A stretch of DNA of 63,352 nt, counting the filler, from Octopus bimaculoides (lineage: Eukaryota): assembly GCF_001194135.2 (NCBI RefSeq). It is 4 parts of 3 records of this genome, joined end to end, with 100 filler letters (N's around TTAATTAATTAA, not from the genome) between each part and the next. Parts side by side here need not be neighbours in the genome. Positions count along the whole stretch, not along the records: positions 21,369 to 49,518 come from NC_068985.1; 3 more parts are not named here. One strand, given 5' to 3'. This document shows positions 25,373 to 37,660 of this stretch, in pieces. Both the position numbers and the translations under genes were made by a program. Under the pieces are notes generated by a model, which saw only the letters and a program-made list of their open reading frames with translations, did not search any database and was not told the DNA's origin. Each line of letters opens with the position of its first letter. Position 1 is the stretch's first letter.

Positions 25373-25443
25373 GAGCATATGGCGTAGTGGTTAAGAGCGC
25401 AGGCTACTAACCCCAAGATTCCGAGTTCGATTCCAGATAGTGA

Positions 25444-25484
<41 letters not shown>

Positions 25485-25650
25485 TCGAAAAATACCTTAG
25501 GAATGAAAACCCAGGTTCGAAATTTCTCCAAGACACCTGATGAAAGCTGGAAGGTATATCAACCAAAACGTTGTGTTAGCAACAAACAAGATGAGGACAA
25601 ATATCCGTCAAATGTAAATAATAATAAAGATAATAATAATAATTATAACA
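25373..25650 (+). mobile_element. tRNA-derived SINE with (AAT)n spacer and hammerhead-like tail
   Basis: A box TGGCGTAGTGG 25380-25390, B box GTTCGATTCC 25425-25434, (AAT)n 25449-25482, tail with CTGATGA..AAAACGTT. Confidence 0.8.
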
Positions 25651-25659
25651 GTAATTGGT

Positions 25660-26330
25660 GTAAATTTTGACACAAAGCTAGAAATTTTAGGGAAAGGGGT
25701 AGTTTATTCCAGTCACCCTAATATTTGGCTGATACTTTATTTTATCAACGATGAAAGGATAAAAGGTAGAGTTAATCTTCGCAGGACTTAAATTCAGAAT
25801 GTAAAGAGTGCCGGAAAAAATACCGCAAAATATTTCTCCGAGGGTCTGATGAATCTGTTAAGGAGCCATGTTAAATGGTTTCTGATTTAGGCACAAGCCC
25901 AACAATCTTGAAGGGAGGGCATTAATCAACAACATTGACCTCAGTATTTGGCTGACTCTGAAAGGGTAAAAGGCTAAGTTGATCAAGGTAGGATTTGAAA
26001 TCAGAATGGAAGGAGCCGGAACAAATACTGCAAAGCCTTTTTTCAGCGTTCTAGCGAGTCTGGTATCAACTTAATAGAATCTAATAGTTATTGACTAAGA
26101 AGGCGGGGAGCTGGCAGAATCGTTAGCGAGCCGAGTAAAAATGCTAAGCAGCATTTCGTCAGCGTGTACGTTCTAAGTTCAAATATTGCCGAGGTCAATT
26201 TTATCTTTTATTCTTTCTGAATAGATGGAATAAGTACCAGTTGAACATTGGTTGGGGTCGTTGTAATCGACTTTACCCCATCCACTGAACTTGCTGGCCC
26301 TGTGTCAAAAATTGAAATCTATATTTATTG
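25660..26330. mobile_element. Three diverged SINE family B copies (two minus, one plus)
   Basis: Minus at about 25660-25860 and 25880-26050; plus at about 26095-26330. Confidence 0.7.
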
Positions 26331-26897
26331 ACTTATACAATAGGCAAATATTTCAAGAAAATTTCTAAAGACATATCGAACAACGAACATTCAAAACCAA
26401 CTCCAATGAGATTTAAAGAAAAAATGTTATTTACCATCATTTATAATATTTTCAGTGCTGTAGTTGTTTGGTAAGTGATTTGAATAATAACTGATAGTAA
26501 AATAACTAGATCAATATATATTATCGACAAGGGACTACATATGACAGGTAATTTTGTAAGTATATTTTTGCCAAGAGTTTTATCAGAAAATGTATCATAC
26601 ATAAAATTATAACTTTTATCAAATTTCTTGCTGCTTATACAAAATGATGAAATGAATTTTAATTTTCAAAACGAAAAAGTACAAAAAACAAAAACAAAAT
26701 AAAACAAACAACAACAGCAAGATTTTTATTTTAAAATGAAATTAAATAACGCAAAACAATGACGTACATATACATTCTAAATTCGTTCCGGCATATTCGA
26801 ACGTGAATAAGCTAATCACTGTTGTATTTTGTCTTCGGAGAACAACTTCTTATTTTTCATTTGTGTAACTCCTTCTATAATTATTCGATCATTTACT

Positions 26898-27021
26898 CCT
26901 CCTCTCCTCCCCCTCTTCCTCTCCTCCGCTCTTCTCCTCTCCTCTTCCTTTCCTCCCCTCTTCTTCTCCTCCCCCTCTTCCTCTCTCCCGCTCTTCTCCT
27001 CTCCTCCCCTCTTCCTCCCCC
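26898..27021. repeat. Polypyrimidine (CTCCT)n-like tract
   Basis: Direct reading; runs into a gap. Confidence 0.9.
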
Positions 27022-28539
27022 NNNNNNNNNNNNNNNNNNNNNNNNNNNNNNNNNNNNNNNNNNNNNNNNNNNNNNNNNNNNNNNNNNNNNNNNNNNNNNN
27101 NNNNNNNNNNNNNNNNNNNNNNNNNNNNNNNNNNNNNNNNNNNNNNNNNNNNNNNNNNNNNNNNNNNNNNNNNNNNNNNNNNNNNNNNNNNNNNNNNNNN
27201 NNNNNNNNNNNNNNNNNNNNNNNNNNNNNNNNNNNNNNNNNNNNNNNNNNNNNNNNNNNNNNNNNNNNNNNNNNNNNNNNNNNNNNNNNNNNNNNNNNNN
27301 NNNNNNNNNNNNNNNNNNNNNNNNNNNNNNNNNNNNNNNNNNNNNNNNNNNNNNNNNNNNNNNNNNNNNNNNNNNNNNNNNNNNNNNNNNNNNNNNNNNN
27401 NNNNNNNNNNNNNNNNNNNNNNNNNNNNNNNNNNNNNNNNNNNNNNNNNNNNNNNNNNNNNNNNNNNNNNNNNNNNNNNNNNNNNNNNNNNNNNNNNNNN
27501 NNNNNNNNNNNNNNNNNNNNNNNNNNNNNNNNNNNNNNNNNNNNNNNNNNNNNNNNNNNNNNNNNNNNNNNNNNNNNNNNNNNNNNNNNNNNNNNNNNNN
27601 NNNNNNNNNNNNNNNNNNNNNNNNNNNNNNNNNNNNNNNNNNNNNNNNNNNNNNNNNNNNNNNNNNNNNNNNNNNNNNNNNNNNNNNNNNNNNNNNNNNN
27701 NNNNNNNNNNNNNNNNNNNNNNNNNNNNNNNNNNNNNNNNNNNNNNNNNNNNNNNNNNNNNNNNNNNNNNNNNNNNNNNNNNNNNNNNNNNNNNNNNNNN
27801 NNNNNNNNNNNNNNNNNNNNNNNNNNNNNNNNNNNNNNNNNNNNNNNNNNNNNNNNNNNNNNNNNNNNNNNNNNNNNNNNNNNNNNNNNNNAACTTCAAA
27901 GTTCAAGTAGTAACACTACAGTTGACACCCCCACCATGTTAGTTCAATGTTAAACAAAAAATTCTATAAAAAATGAACCCATTCACATTAAAACGTTAAA
28001 AATTATTTTGTTTTAAAACTTTCTTACAGTTAAGTGAAAATAAGAAAAGAAAGAAACAAAATAAAAGGATAAAGCAAAAAAAAAAAAAAAGGAGAGAATC
28101 AAAATGAAAAGACAAAAAGGAGAAAAAAAAAGACCACCAAAACCGAAAAACATTCGCAGATGAAATGAAATTGTGTCAGCAACCTGGAATTATAGTAAAA
28201 CAGTTTTGAAACCTTATAATAGACGAGCGGTTCTATTGGGAAATTAACGGAAAGTTAATAAAACATGTTTTTCAGCATTTTGTATATTTTTTATTTTCTT
28301 TTTAGTTTAAAATTTTTACATTTCATGTGGATATAACTTTGGTTGTTTTCTCTTGAGCGTGCTGCTACGTGTCTATTTTTGCCAATTGGTCATATGGAAT
28401 ACCTGTGTGCTTGTGTGTAGTTTAACGTAACTTGCATGCATAACAATGTGTGTATATTTACATGTGTGTACGTGTATGCATTTGTGTATGTATGCAAACG
28501 AACTGAATGAGTATGTGTATGTGTGTGTAGTATTCGTTT

Positions 28540-28970
28540 CAAACTTTGGCACAAGGCCAGCAAATTCGGCGGCGTGGATAGGTCGATTACGTCCATCCTT
28601 GTATTCTACCGCTACTTATTTTATCGATCTCGAAAGGATGAAATACATGTCGACCTCGACGGAATTTGAGCTCAGAAGATAAGAACGGGCTAATCATTTT
28701 CTCGGGCATGCTACCGATTGTGTCTTATGTGTGTATAATATCATATGTACTTATAAGGCGGCGAGCCGGCAGATTAGTCATTACACTGGGCAAAATGATT
28801 AGTGGCAATTCGTCCGTCTATACGTTCTGAGTTCAAATACCTCCGAAGTCGACTTTGCCTTTCATCCTTTCGGGGTTGATAAAATAAGTACAAATTGAAC
28901 ACTGGGATCGATTAAAACGACCACCCCTCTTCCGAACTTGCTGGCTTTGTGCTAAAACTTGAAGCCAGTA
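28540..28970. mobile_element. Head-to-head pair of SINE family B copies
   Basis: Minus copy at about 28540-28720, plus copy at about 28755-28970. Confidence 0.8.
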
Positions 28971-30054
28971 TTATATGTAGATATGGTTGTATATGCGTGT
29001 GTATGTATGTATATAAGTGTATGTGATATGCATATATGTTGTACATGTGTGTGTATGTATGTATATAAGTGTATGTGNNNNNNNNNNNNNNNNNNNNNNN
29101 NNNNNNNNNNNNNNNNNNNNNNNNNNNNNNNNNNNNNNNNNNNNNNNNNNNNNNNNNNNNNNNNNNNNNNNNNNNNNNNNNNNNNNNNNNNNNNNNNNNN
29201 NNNNNNNNNNNNNNNNNNNNNNNNNNNNNNNNNNNNNNNNNNNNNNNNNNNNNNNNNNNNNNTATATATATATATATATATATTAAAAATAATATATTCC
29301 AAAGGAATGTGTATAAAGGACAAAAAGACAGCCAGTCAACTACAGTTAAAACACTTCTGTCACACGGGACCTTAAAGAATGCTAGAAAGTAGGAAAGTAT
29401 ACTAGTCCATATATATTTAATATTCAATATTTCATTTATTCAATAAGACATTCAATACTTCATTTCATTTTACTACATATACTATATATTCCATATTCTG
29501 TATCCCACATTAATTTTATAAGAGTATAAATAAAACATAAAAAACAGAGTTGGAATTCTTTTGAATAATATAAAAAAATATATATAGATTTAATGTACAC
29601 ACAGTTTTTAAAATAAGAGCTATTAACAGTTTTCTTTTGCCATAGAGATACTGTGATTAGGCAGATTTATATAACGTGCCTGGTGTCTCCAACTAATTTT
29701 CGGGCTCAGAGTTTGAGCCTGAAAATTGCGTAGGTAATACAATTTTGAGACTTCTATAGATATGAAATTGTTTTTAACGTTCGAGCTCGAATTAGATAAA
29801 TCTATAAATAACAGCGTGTAGAATATGGAATTAAGAAACTACATGAATGGAAAAAGTTCGAATTTCATGGGTAGGGCAGCTTTTGAATGTTTTCATCCAA
29901 AGAGTTTTTGAAACCAAATATTTAAACGCTATTATTTGTAACTTTAACTACTTCGAATTCCACCGTTAAAAACGATCTATTTTATGTGTCTATAGTTATC
30001 TATGTAGATATATTTATTGTATGTATGCTTCTTAATACAAAGAAACGGCTAACA

Positions 30055-30375
30055 GAATCGTGGGACTTAGCCAACAAGGAACCTGGACAAATGGGCCAAT
30101 ATACAGTAGCAGAGTATTGCCTAGCCGAATCGTTGGCGAGCTGACTTCCAACGCATCAAGTTTCTAATTAAAGCTGCCTACGACGCTTTACCAAGTCCAT
30201 CGAGCCTTCCTACATCAGAAGAGGAACACCGTACTGAGCAATGCGAACCAATACAAGGTCAACATCTCCCCAGCAGCTGCCGCAGTGCCTTAGCTGATGG
30301 CCACTACCACTGGAGACACGACCAGGTACTCAGAATAGTTGCGGATGTGATTTCAACTGCTATTCAGTCTAATAA
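30055..30375 (+). pseudogene. RLE-type (HERO-like) LINE C-terminal fragment
   Basis: Frameshifted translation SQQGTWT..RIKFLIKAAYDALPSP..SSCRSALADGHYHWRHDQVLRIVADVI matches the CCHC/RH region of HERO-clade elements as I recall it. Confidence 0.7.
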
Positions 30376-30379
30376 ATAC

Positions 30380-30788
<409 letters not shown>

Positions 30789-31070
30789 CACCGCACAGGA
30801 GCATAGGAGAGCGGGTAAATGAGCATTGGAGGGAACTTAAGGAAGAGAAGAACTCATCGGTTTTATACCAGCACGCCAAGTGGGGACACGGGGCTCACTC
30901 AACAACATAGAAGTTAAAATCCTGTCCACACATAGAACAGAGAGAGAGGCAACGCTTAGACAAGTTACAGAACCTACACGCATAATAGAAGATAAACGTA
31001 GCCTAAATAGAAAACTAGAATGGAACACGAGCACACCCATCACACACCCCGACCTATAACAGAATAAGAT
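30789..31070 (+). pseudogene. Penelope-like element GIY-YIG endonuclease, C-terminal half
   Basis: RSIGERVNEH..SVLYQH..VKILS..E..LNRKLEW (one frameshift), characteristic of PLE endonucleases. Confidence 0.75.
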
Positions 31071-31411
31071 CATCATAAACTAATAATAATACGAAACTAA
31101 TACAATACACAGATAAATAAATGGAATTAAATAATTATATACATAAACAAATTAAATTAAATTAAATTAATACAAAAAGAAACAAATGAAAAAGTAAGTA
31201 GATAAAAACAAATGAAAAAGTAAGTAGATAAAAACAAATGAATAAAATAAATAAAAATAAATTAAACGAACGTGAATAAACAGGGGATTCTGATAATGCA
31301 GGTACCATACACATTCCCACATACACACTAAACATAGACACACACAGGGATATACGCATGCGCAAATAAAGATACATGCAACAGGAATACAAAATAGCAG
31401 ATCGTTAGTAA

Positions 31412-31586
<175 letters not shown>

Positions 31587-32252
31587 NNNNNNNNNNNNNN
31601 NNNNNNNNNNNNNNNNNNNNNNNNNNNNNNNNNNNNNNNNNNNNNNNNNNNNNNNNNNNNNNNNNNNNNNNNNNNNNNNNNNNNNNNNNNNNNNNNNNNN
31701 NNNNNNNNNNNNNNNNNNNNNNNNNNNNNNNNNNNNNNNNNNNNNNNNNNNNNNNNNNNNNNNNNNNNNNNNNNNNNNNNNNNNNNNNNNNNNNNNNNNN
31801 NNNNNNNNNNNNNNNNNNNNNNNNNNNNNNNNNNNNNNNNNNNNNNNNNNNNNNNNNNNNNNNNNNNNNNNNNNNNNNNNNNNNNNNNNNNNNNNNNNNN
31901 NNNNNNNNNNNNNNNNNNNNNNNNNNNNNNNNNNNNNNNNNNNNNNNNNNNNNNNNNNNNNNNNNNNNNNNNNNNNNNNNNNNNNNNNNNNNNNNNNNNN
32001 NNNNNNNNNNNNNNNNNNNNNNNNNNNNNNNNNNNNNNNNNNNNNNNNNNNNNNNNNNNNNNNNNNNNNNNNNNNNNNNNNNNNNNNNNNNNNNNNNNNN
32101 NNNNNNNNNNNNNNNNNNNNNNNNNNNNNNNNNNNNNNNNNNNNNNNNNNNNNNNNNNNNNNNNNNNNNNNNNNNNNNNNNNNNNNNNNNNNNNNNNNNN
32201 NNNNNNNNNNNNNNNNNNNNNNNNNNNNNNNNNNNNNNNNNNNNNNNNNNNN

Positions 32253-32441
32253 TTAATATAGATCTATGTTAGTCAATTAATTCCGATTGGTTAATGAAAT
32301 TTTGAATTATTTTGTTTACTCTATAGCGTTTGAGGGAAACATTTGTTTTAGCGGTTTTGTAAACATGCGATGTCTGTATTTGCGTATGAAAATAAATAAT
32401 AAACGTCTATGTATACATGTGTTCAAGGGTACGTAAATGTA

Positions 32442-32490
<49 letters not shown>

Positions 32491-32940
32491 TGTTGTGAAT
32501 TTATGGAAAGAAATCCCATAAAACGCATTAGTGTACACATACAGACTTGCATAAACACACGCATATATGCATATCTGCCTACTCTCGTGTATGTGCTCAT
32601 ACCCACACATGCTCATATATACATATATACATATACAGACTTACGTCCATATGCTTATACACACAGACATGTATGCGTCTATTCTTACGCACACATATAT
32701 GTACATAGATATAGGCCTACATGCATATACGTTTAAATATGTATTTACATATACTTATAGTTAATTACTTACGTATGGATACATTCACATAAGTATAAGG
32801 AAAACGAAAGTATTTTATTTAGTGTGTGTAAAAATTATTGTAATGAGGCGGGAGAATTATGTTAGTGGAAATGAATTATAAGAATTATAAGAAAGGTGTG
32901 CTTATAAGCACACACACTCACATACATACACGTATATATA
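32253..32940 (+). repeat. Dispersed AT-rich repeat; inverted relative to the copy at 36310-37010
   Basis: Collinear reverse-complement match, e.g. ATAAGTATAAGGAAAACGAAAGTATTTTATTTAGTGTGTGT. Confidence 0.85.
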
Positions 32941-33731
32941 TATNNNNNNNNNNNNNNNNNNNNNNNNNNNNNNNNNNNNNNNNNNNNNNNNNNNNNNNNN
33001 NNNNNNNNNNNNNNNNNNNNNNNNNNNNNNNNNNNNNNNNNNNNNNNNNNNNNNNNNNNNNNNNNNNNNNNNNNNNNNNNNNNNNNNNNNNNNNNNNNNN
33101 NNNNNNNNNNNNNNNNNNNNNNNNNNNNNNNNNNNNNNNNNNNNNNNNNNNNNNNNNNNNNNNNNNNNNNNNNNNNNNNNNNNNNNNNNNNNNNNNNNNN
33201 NNNNNNNNNNNNNNNNNNNNNNNNNNNNNNNNNNNNNNNNNNNNNNNNNNNNNNNNNNNNNNNNNNNNNNNNNNNNNNNNNNNNNNNNNNNNNNNNNNNN
33301 NNNNNNNNNNNNNNNNNNNNNATAATACATATACATAAAATCACAGAAGGTAAAAGTATATATTCGAATAAAATACAAGTAGAGCGGCGTATCAAAAAGT
33401 TAAATATAAACGGCTAAAATTTCAAAAACTACCAAAAAACCTAATAGACAAATATAAGATAAGTTAAAGGAAATATAAAATAAAATAAATATCCACCGAC
33501 TAAAAAAGTTTTATCAGACGATTAAAATATTTAAAAAAATCTTTTTAACTAAATATTTGAAAAAATATTTGAAAAGTCTTTTACATCCCTCATACATGTA
33601 CGTCAAAAATTTATAAGTAAACAAACTTCCACAGGTCAAATTCACATACATCTTGAAAAAAGTCTTTTACTCACTCTACACAAGTACGTCCAAAATTTCA
33701 TAGTGAGCAGACTTCACAGGTCAAATTCAAC

Positions 33732-33826
33732 ATTCATATATATCTACGGCCATTTCGGGAGCTCACCACCGCAGTTTATTTACACTAAAGTGCAACACAG
33801 TGATGACCCCGCTCATCAGGATGAAC
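33732..33826 (-). ncRNA. Candidate type I hammerhead ribozyme with intact core
   Basis: CUGAUGA 33819-33813, 13-bp imperfect stem II, GAAA 33756-33753, short stem III with palindromic GGCC loop, GUA triplet, bulged stem I; folded by hand. Confidence 0.65.
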
Positions 33827-33851
33827 AGGAAACAGGAGTCACGTAAAGTGA

Positions 33852-35010
33852 TTCTTTATTATCCATAAGGGGCACACACAGAAAGGACAATACAATACAT
33901 GTGGGGACATATAACAAAATAATAAAATTATGATAAACATGAATGAAAAATGAAATGATATATAGAAACGTGCTACCTACTCCACCTCAGTAGCATCATT
34001 TACTTCCATCTAGATCTAGTTCATGTTGATTCCATAATGTTCTTCCAATTCCTTATTTTCAATCTCATTTGGCGCATCTCTTGTATCACAAATCACATTT
34101 CTGTATCTAACACCCTCCTTACATTCTTTAACCTCTCTCATCCGACTTTCCGGCACCAATACACTTGCGACCATATTTTCCTTTTTATCTCCTTTAATAC
34201 TAACAAATCTCACATCTCTCCATTGTGACAATTTCTCCACCAGTTTCTTATGCACACCCTTAAACAACACAAAAGGATAACACACAGCAGGGGAGTTTTG
34301 TGAATTTTTGTATGTTTGCACATCTTTTTCCGTTTTTGTATCGGTGGAGAATGGGTAGCTTTGGTATCTGCAGTGGGAGGGTGGGGTTATAAAGGTATGG
34401 GTGTGTGGATATGGGTTGGGTTGGGGTTCACTTTGACTGTTCTTCTTCCTCTGTTTTCTCCTTCCAGCCACTCTCCATACTTCTTCCTCGTCTGTTTCAC
34501 CTTTATCTTCCACCGTCTCCTCCTTCTCGGCTTTCTCCTAGGTTTGCTTGTTTTTCTTTTGACTTTTGAGGGCAGTCCGCTCTAATGTGGCCCTTTTGGC
34601 CACATTTATTGCAGCGAGGGGTTCTGCGCGCCAACCACACTTTCATCACCGTTTCTCTTACAGTCACCGTTTCTGCCAGTTTCTCCACATTTTCAGCCGA
34701 AGATTGTATCATCATATCTAGACTTTTCCCTCTCCTATTGGTTACTTCCATCTCCATAACTTGGAGCACAGCCACCTCTTTCCCACTTCCAAGAAGCACC
34801 GCAGCCACCACCCAAGCCACGTCTATATCAGGGGGAATTCCCTCCAGCCTGACCCTGGAAGTTCTTCCAAGGTATGTGGGTAAGAGGATCAACCTTTCTG
34901 TCTTCATTGCGTTCATAGAGTGTTCCTTTGCGTTTTCTTTATTTCTGAAATATATACATCAGTAGTGCCGTAACGACATCCTCTGGCAAGATTTTAGTTC
35001 TGAAACCGAT
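33852..35010 (-). mobile_element. ORF1/gag-only non-LTR element (CCHC zinc knuckle), 5' truncated, with AATAAA-containing tail
   Basis: ORF 34916-34503 contains CNKCGQKGHIRADC; continues by frameshift into ORF 34513-34016; ~165-bp UTR ends AATAAAGAA; no EN/RT sequence. Confidence 0.75.
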
Positions 35011-35189
35011 TATATATATATATATATATATATATACACGTATGCATACATACACACAAACATATGCATATACTCGTACACTCACATACTCAATTATGCA
35101 TGTTCAATTTTGTTCAGTTGTATTCGAAAAAATATATAGGAGAGAGAATAATGTTAGTGTAAAGTGTAATTTTGAAGTATACAGACGTT

Positions 35190-35425
35190 TACCTCTTCGG
35201 TACTCCATCGATTACGATGACAAGAGTTTCAGTTGATCCGATCAACGGAACAGTCTGCTCGTGAAATTACCGTGCAAGTGGCTGAGCACTCCACAGACAC
35301 GTGTATCCTTAACGTAGTTTTCGGTGGGATTCAGCGGGACACAGGGTGTGGCAAGGCTGGCCCTTTGAAACATAGGTACAACAGAAACACGAAGAAAAAG
35401 TGAGAGAAAGTTGTGATGAAATATA
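35190..35425 (-). mobile_element. SINE family C, 3' part
   Basis: Homologous to 61696-62093; interrupted by a B2 SINE. Confidence 0.8.
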
Positions 35426-35663
35426 TATTTCTTTATTGCCCACAGGGTGGCTCAACATAGGGGGGGGGGACAAACAAGGGCAGAAGAAGGGATTAAGTCG
35501 ATTGTATCGACCCCAGTTCGTAACAGGTACTTATTTTATCGACCCCAAAGGAATGAAAAGCAAACTCGACCTCGGCGGAATTTGAACTCAGAACGCAACG
35601 GCAGACGAAATACCGCGCAGCATTTCGTCTGGCGTACTAACGATTCTACCAGCTCAACGCCTT
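35426..35663 (-). mobile_element. SINE family B, B2 tail, full length
   Basis: Collinear with 2195-2410. Confidence 0.85.
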
Positions 35664-36309
35664 TTAAATATATGTATATCATACATGTCCACATAGATGT
35701 ACATATATACACATACATACATGCACATTCATATATGTACATATACATAAATACATATAAATACACATATACTCATGCATACATATATGCATTACCCAAA
35801 TGTACATACACACACGCACACCTATATACATATGCACGCACCTACATATACACATACATATACATATAAATTTGTATATTTATACACACACCTTCGTATA
35901 CACATATATACATACATACATATATCTATATATATGTGTTCAACGGCTATCAAGATGTTGTTTAGGATGCGTACATGCAGTTATTAATGTAAGGCAAATA
36001 TATAAACAATAGTCGATCAGTTATTAATTTTACCAAGTGTATATGTTCAAATGTTAGTAAAAAGTTAGTAAGAATATGTAAAGGTGGTTACTTACAATAA
36101 ATTATTATTGCACCTATTACGAGGTAATAGGTGCAATAATAATTTTAATTTTAGATGTAATGGATATATTCATTATTATTAATGGTAGTATAGTTAAGTA
36201 AAAGATTGGGAGGAAGGAAGTTATATTAGTGGAGTTAAAGTATTAAAGGAATTATACAAACTTTTCAGTGAGAGGCATAATTAATTAATTAATTAAATTT
36301 AGAGAATAT

Positions 36310-37010
36310 ATATTTTCCCGAATGTGTGTGTGCCTATTTACATGTACAACTCTTGCATTCTTATAATTTATTTCCACTAACATAATTATCTTCCCTACCA
36401 TTATAATAATTTTTACACACACTAAATAAAATACTTTCGTTTTCCTTATACTTATGTGAATGCATGCAGTATATAAGTATATGTAAATACATATATAAAC
36501 GTATATGCATGTAGGCTTATATCTATTATGTACATATATGTGTGTCAGAATAGACGCACACATGTCTGTGTATATAAGCGTATGAGCGTAAATCTGTATA
36601 TGTATATATGTACATATGTGCATGTGTGGGTATGAGCACATATACGAGAGTGGGAAGATATGCACATATGTGTGCGTTTATGCAAGTGTGTATGTGTACA
36701 CTAATGCGAGTATGTGTTTGTAAATGTGCGTACGTTTATATATGCATATATGTATATGCATGTGTACTTGCGTATATCTGTATGTATTTCTATGTATCTG
36801 CGCGCATGGCCACACACATATATGTTTTGGTAGTGCATGTGTGCATATATGCGTATTTATGTATGTGTATATGTATGTGCACGAGGGAACATGTTTACAA
36901 AACCGTTAAAACAAATATGCTTCCCTTGAAACGCTACAGAGTAAAACGAAATAATTCAAAATTTCATAAACCATTCAGAATTAATTGACCAACATGGATC
37001 TATATTAACT
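36310..37010 (-). repeat. Dispersed AT-rich repeat, inverted copy of 32253-32940
   Basis: Reverse-complement alignment by eye. Confidence 0.85.
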
Positions 37011-37059
37011 TCTTCTTAGGGGTGATGGGTAAAAAGTGTAAACGTATATATGTATACAG

Positions 37060-37660
37060 ATGTATGAATGTGCATACGTATTAATGTGCTCGCACATATG
37101 CATATATGTGAATATATGCGTACGTATGCATAAGCGAAGACATGTGTGTGCGTATGGATGTATGCATATATGTCAGTGTCTCTGTGTATATATATGGACG
37201 TAGGATACATATATGTATGTGTGTATATTTATGCTAGCATGCTTGCATATATACACATTTTCTTAACTTTATACCTTATAAGCGTATATTACATTCTTAC
37301 CTTATCTATATTTAAATTTCCTCTATCATCTCTATTTAATTTATTCATTTATTAATTTAATTCTATTCACCTACTCTGTCTTATTTCCAATCAACCTGCA
37401 AACTCCTCGCTCGAACATAAAAATACAAATCACAGACAGTATCATTCAGTCTGCAATAATGAATCCATAAACACATATATGAAGCATCCATTGGTATATT
37501 TTTCCCTTTGAAGATATTATACTCAAGTCATATGAATTTAATATTTAATTAGTTCACTGAGTATTAATTGAAACAGCTGTAAGAGAGGATGATTGATTTG
37601 TTGTTAATAATAAACAATTATTAACTTCCCAATCTCCATTTTCTTTCTCTTCTTTTATAT
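37060..37660 (+). repeat. Dispersed repeat, direct copy of 40710-41330
   Basis: Near-identical core 37310-37650 vs 40990-41325. Confidence 0.9.

Noticed and set aside
25373-25440. tRNA gene call for this and other tRNA-like heads (1750-1828, 45020-45087, 61696-61770)
   Set aside because: No complete cloverleaf or acceptor stem; each continues into a repeated SINE body
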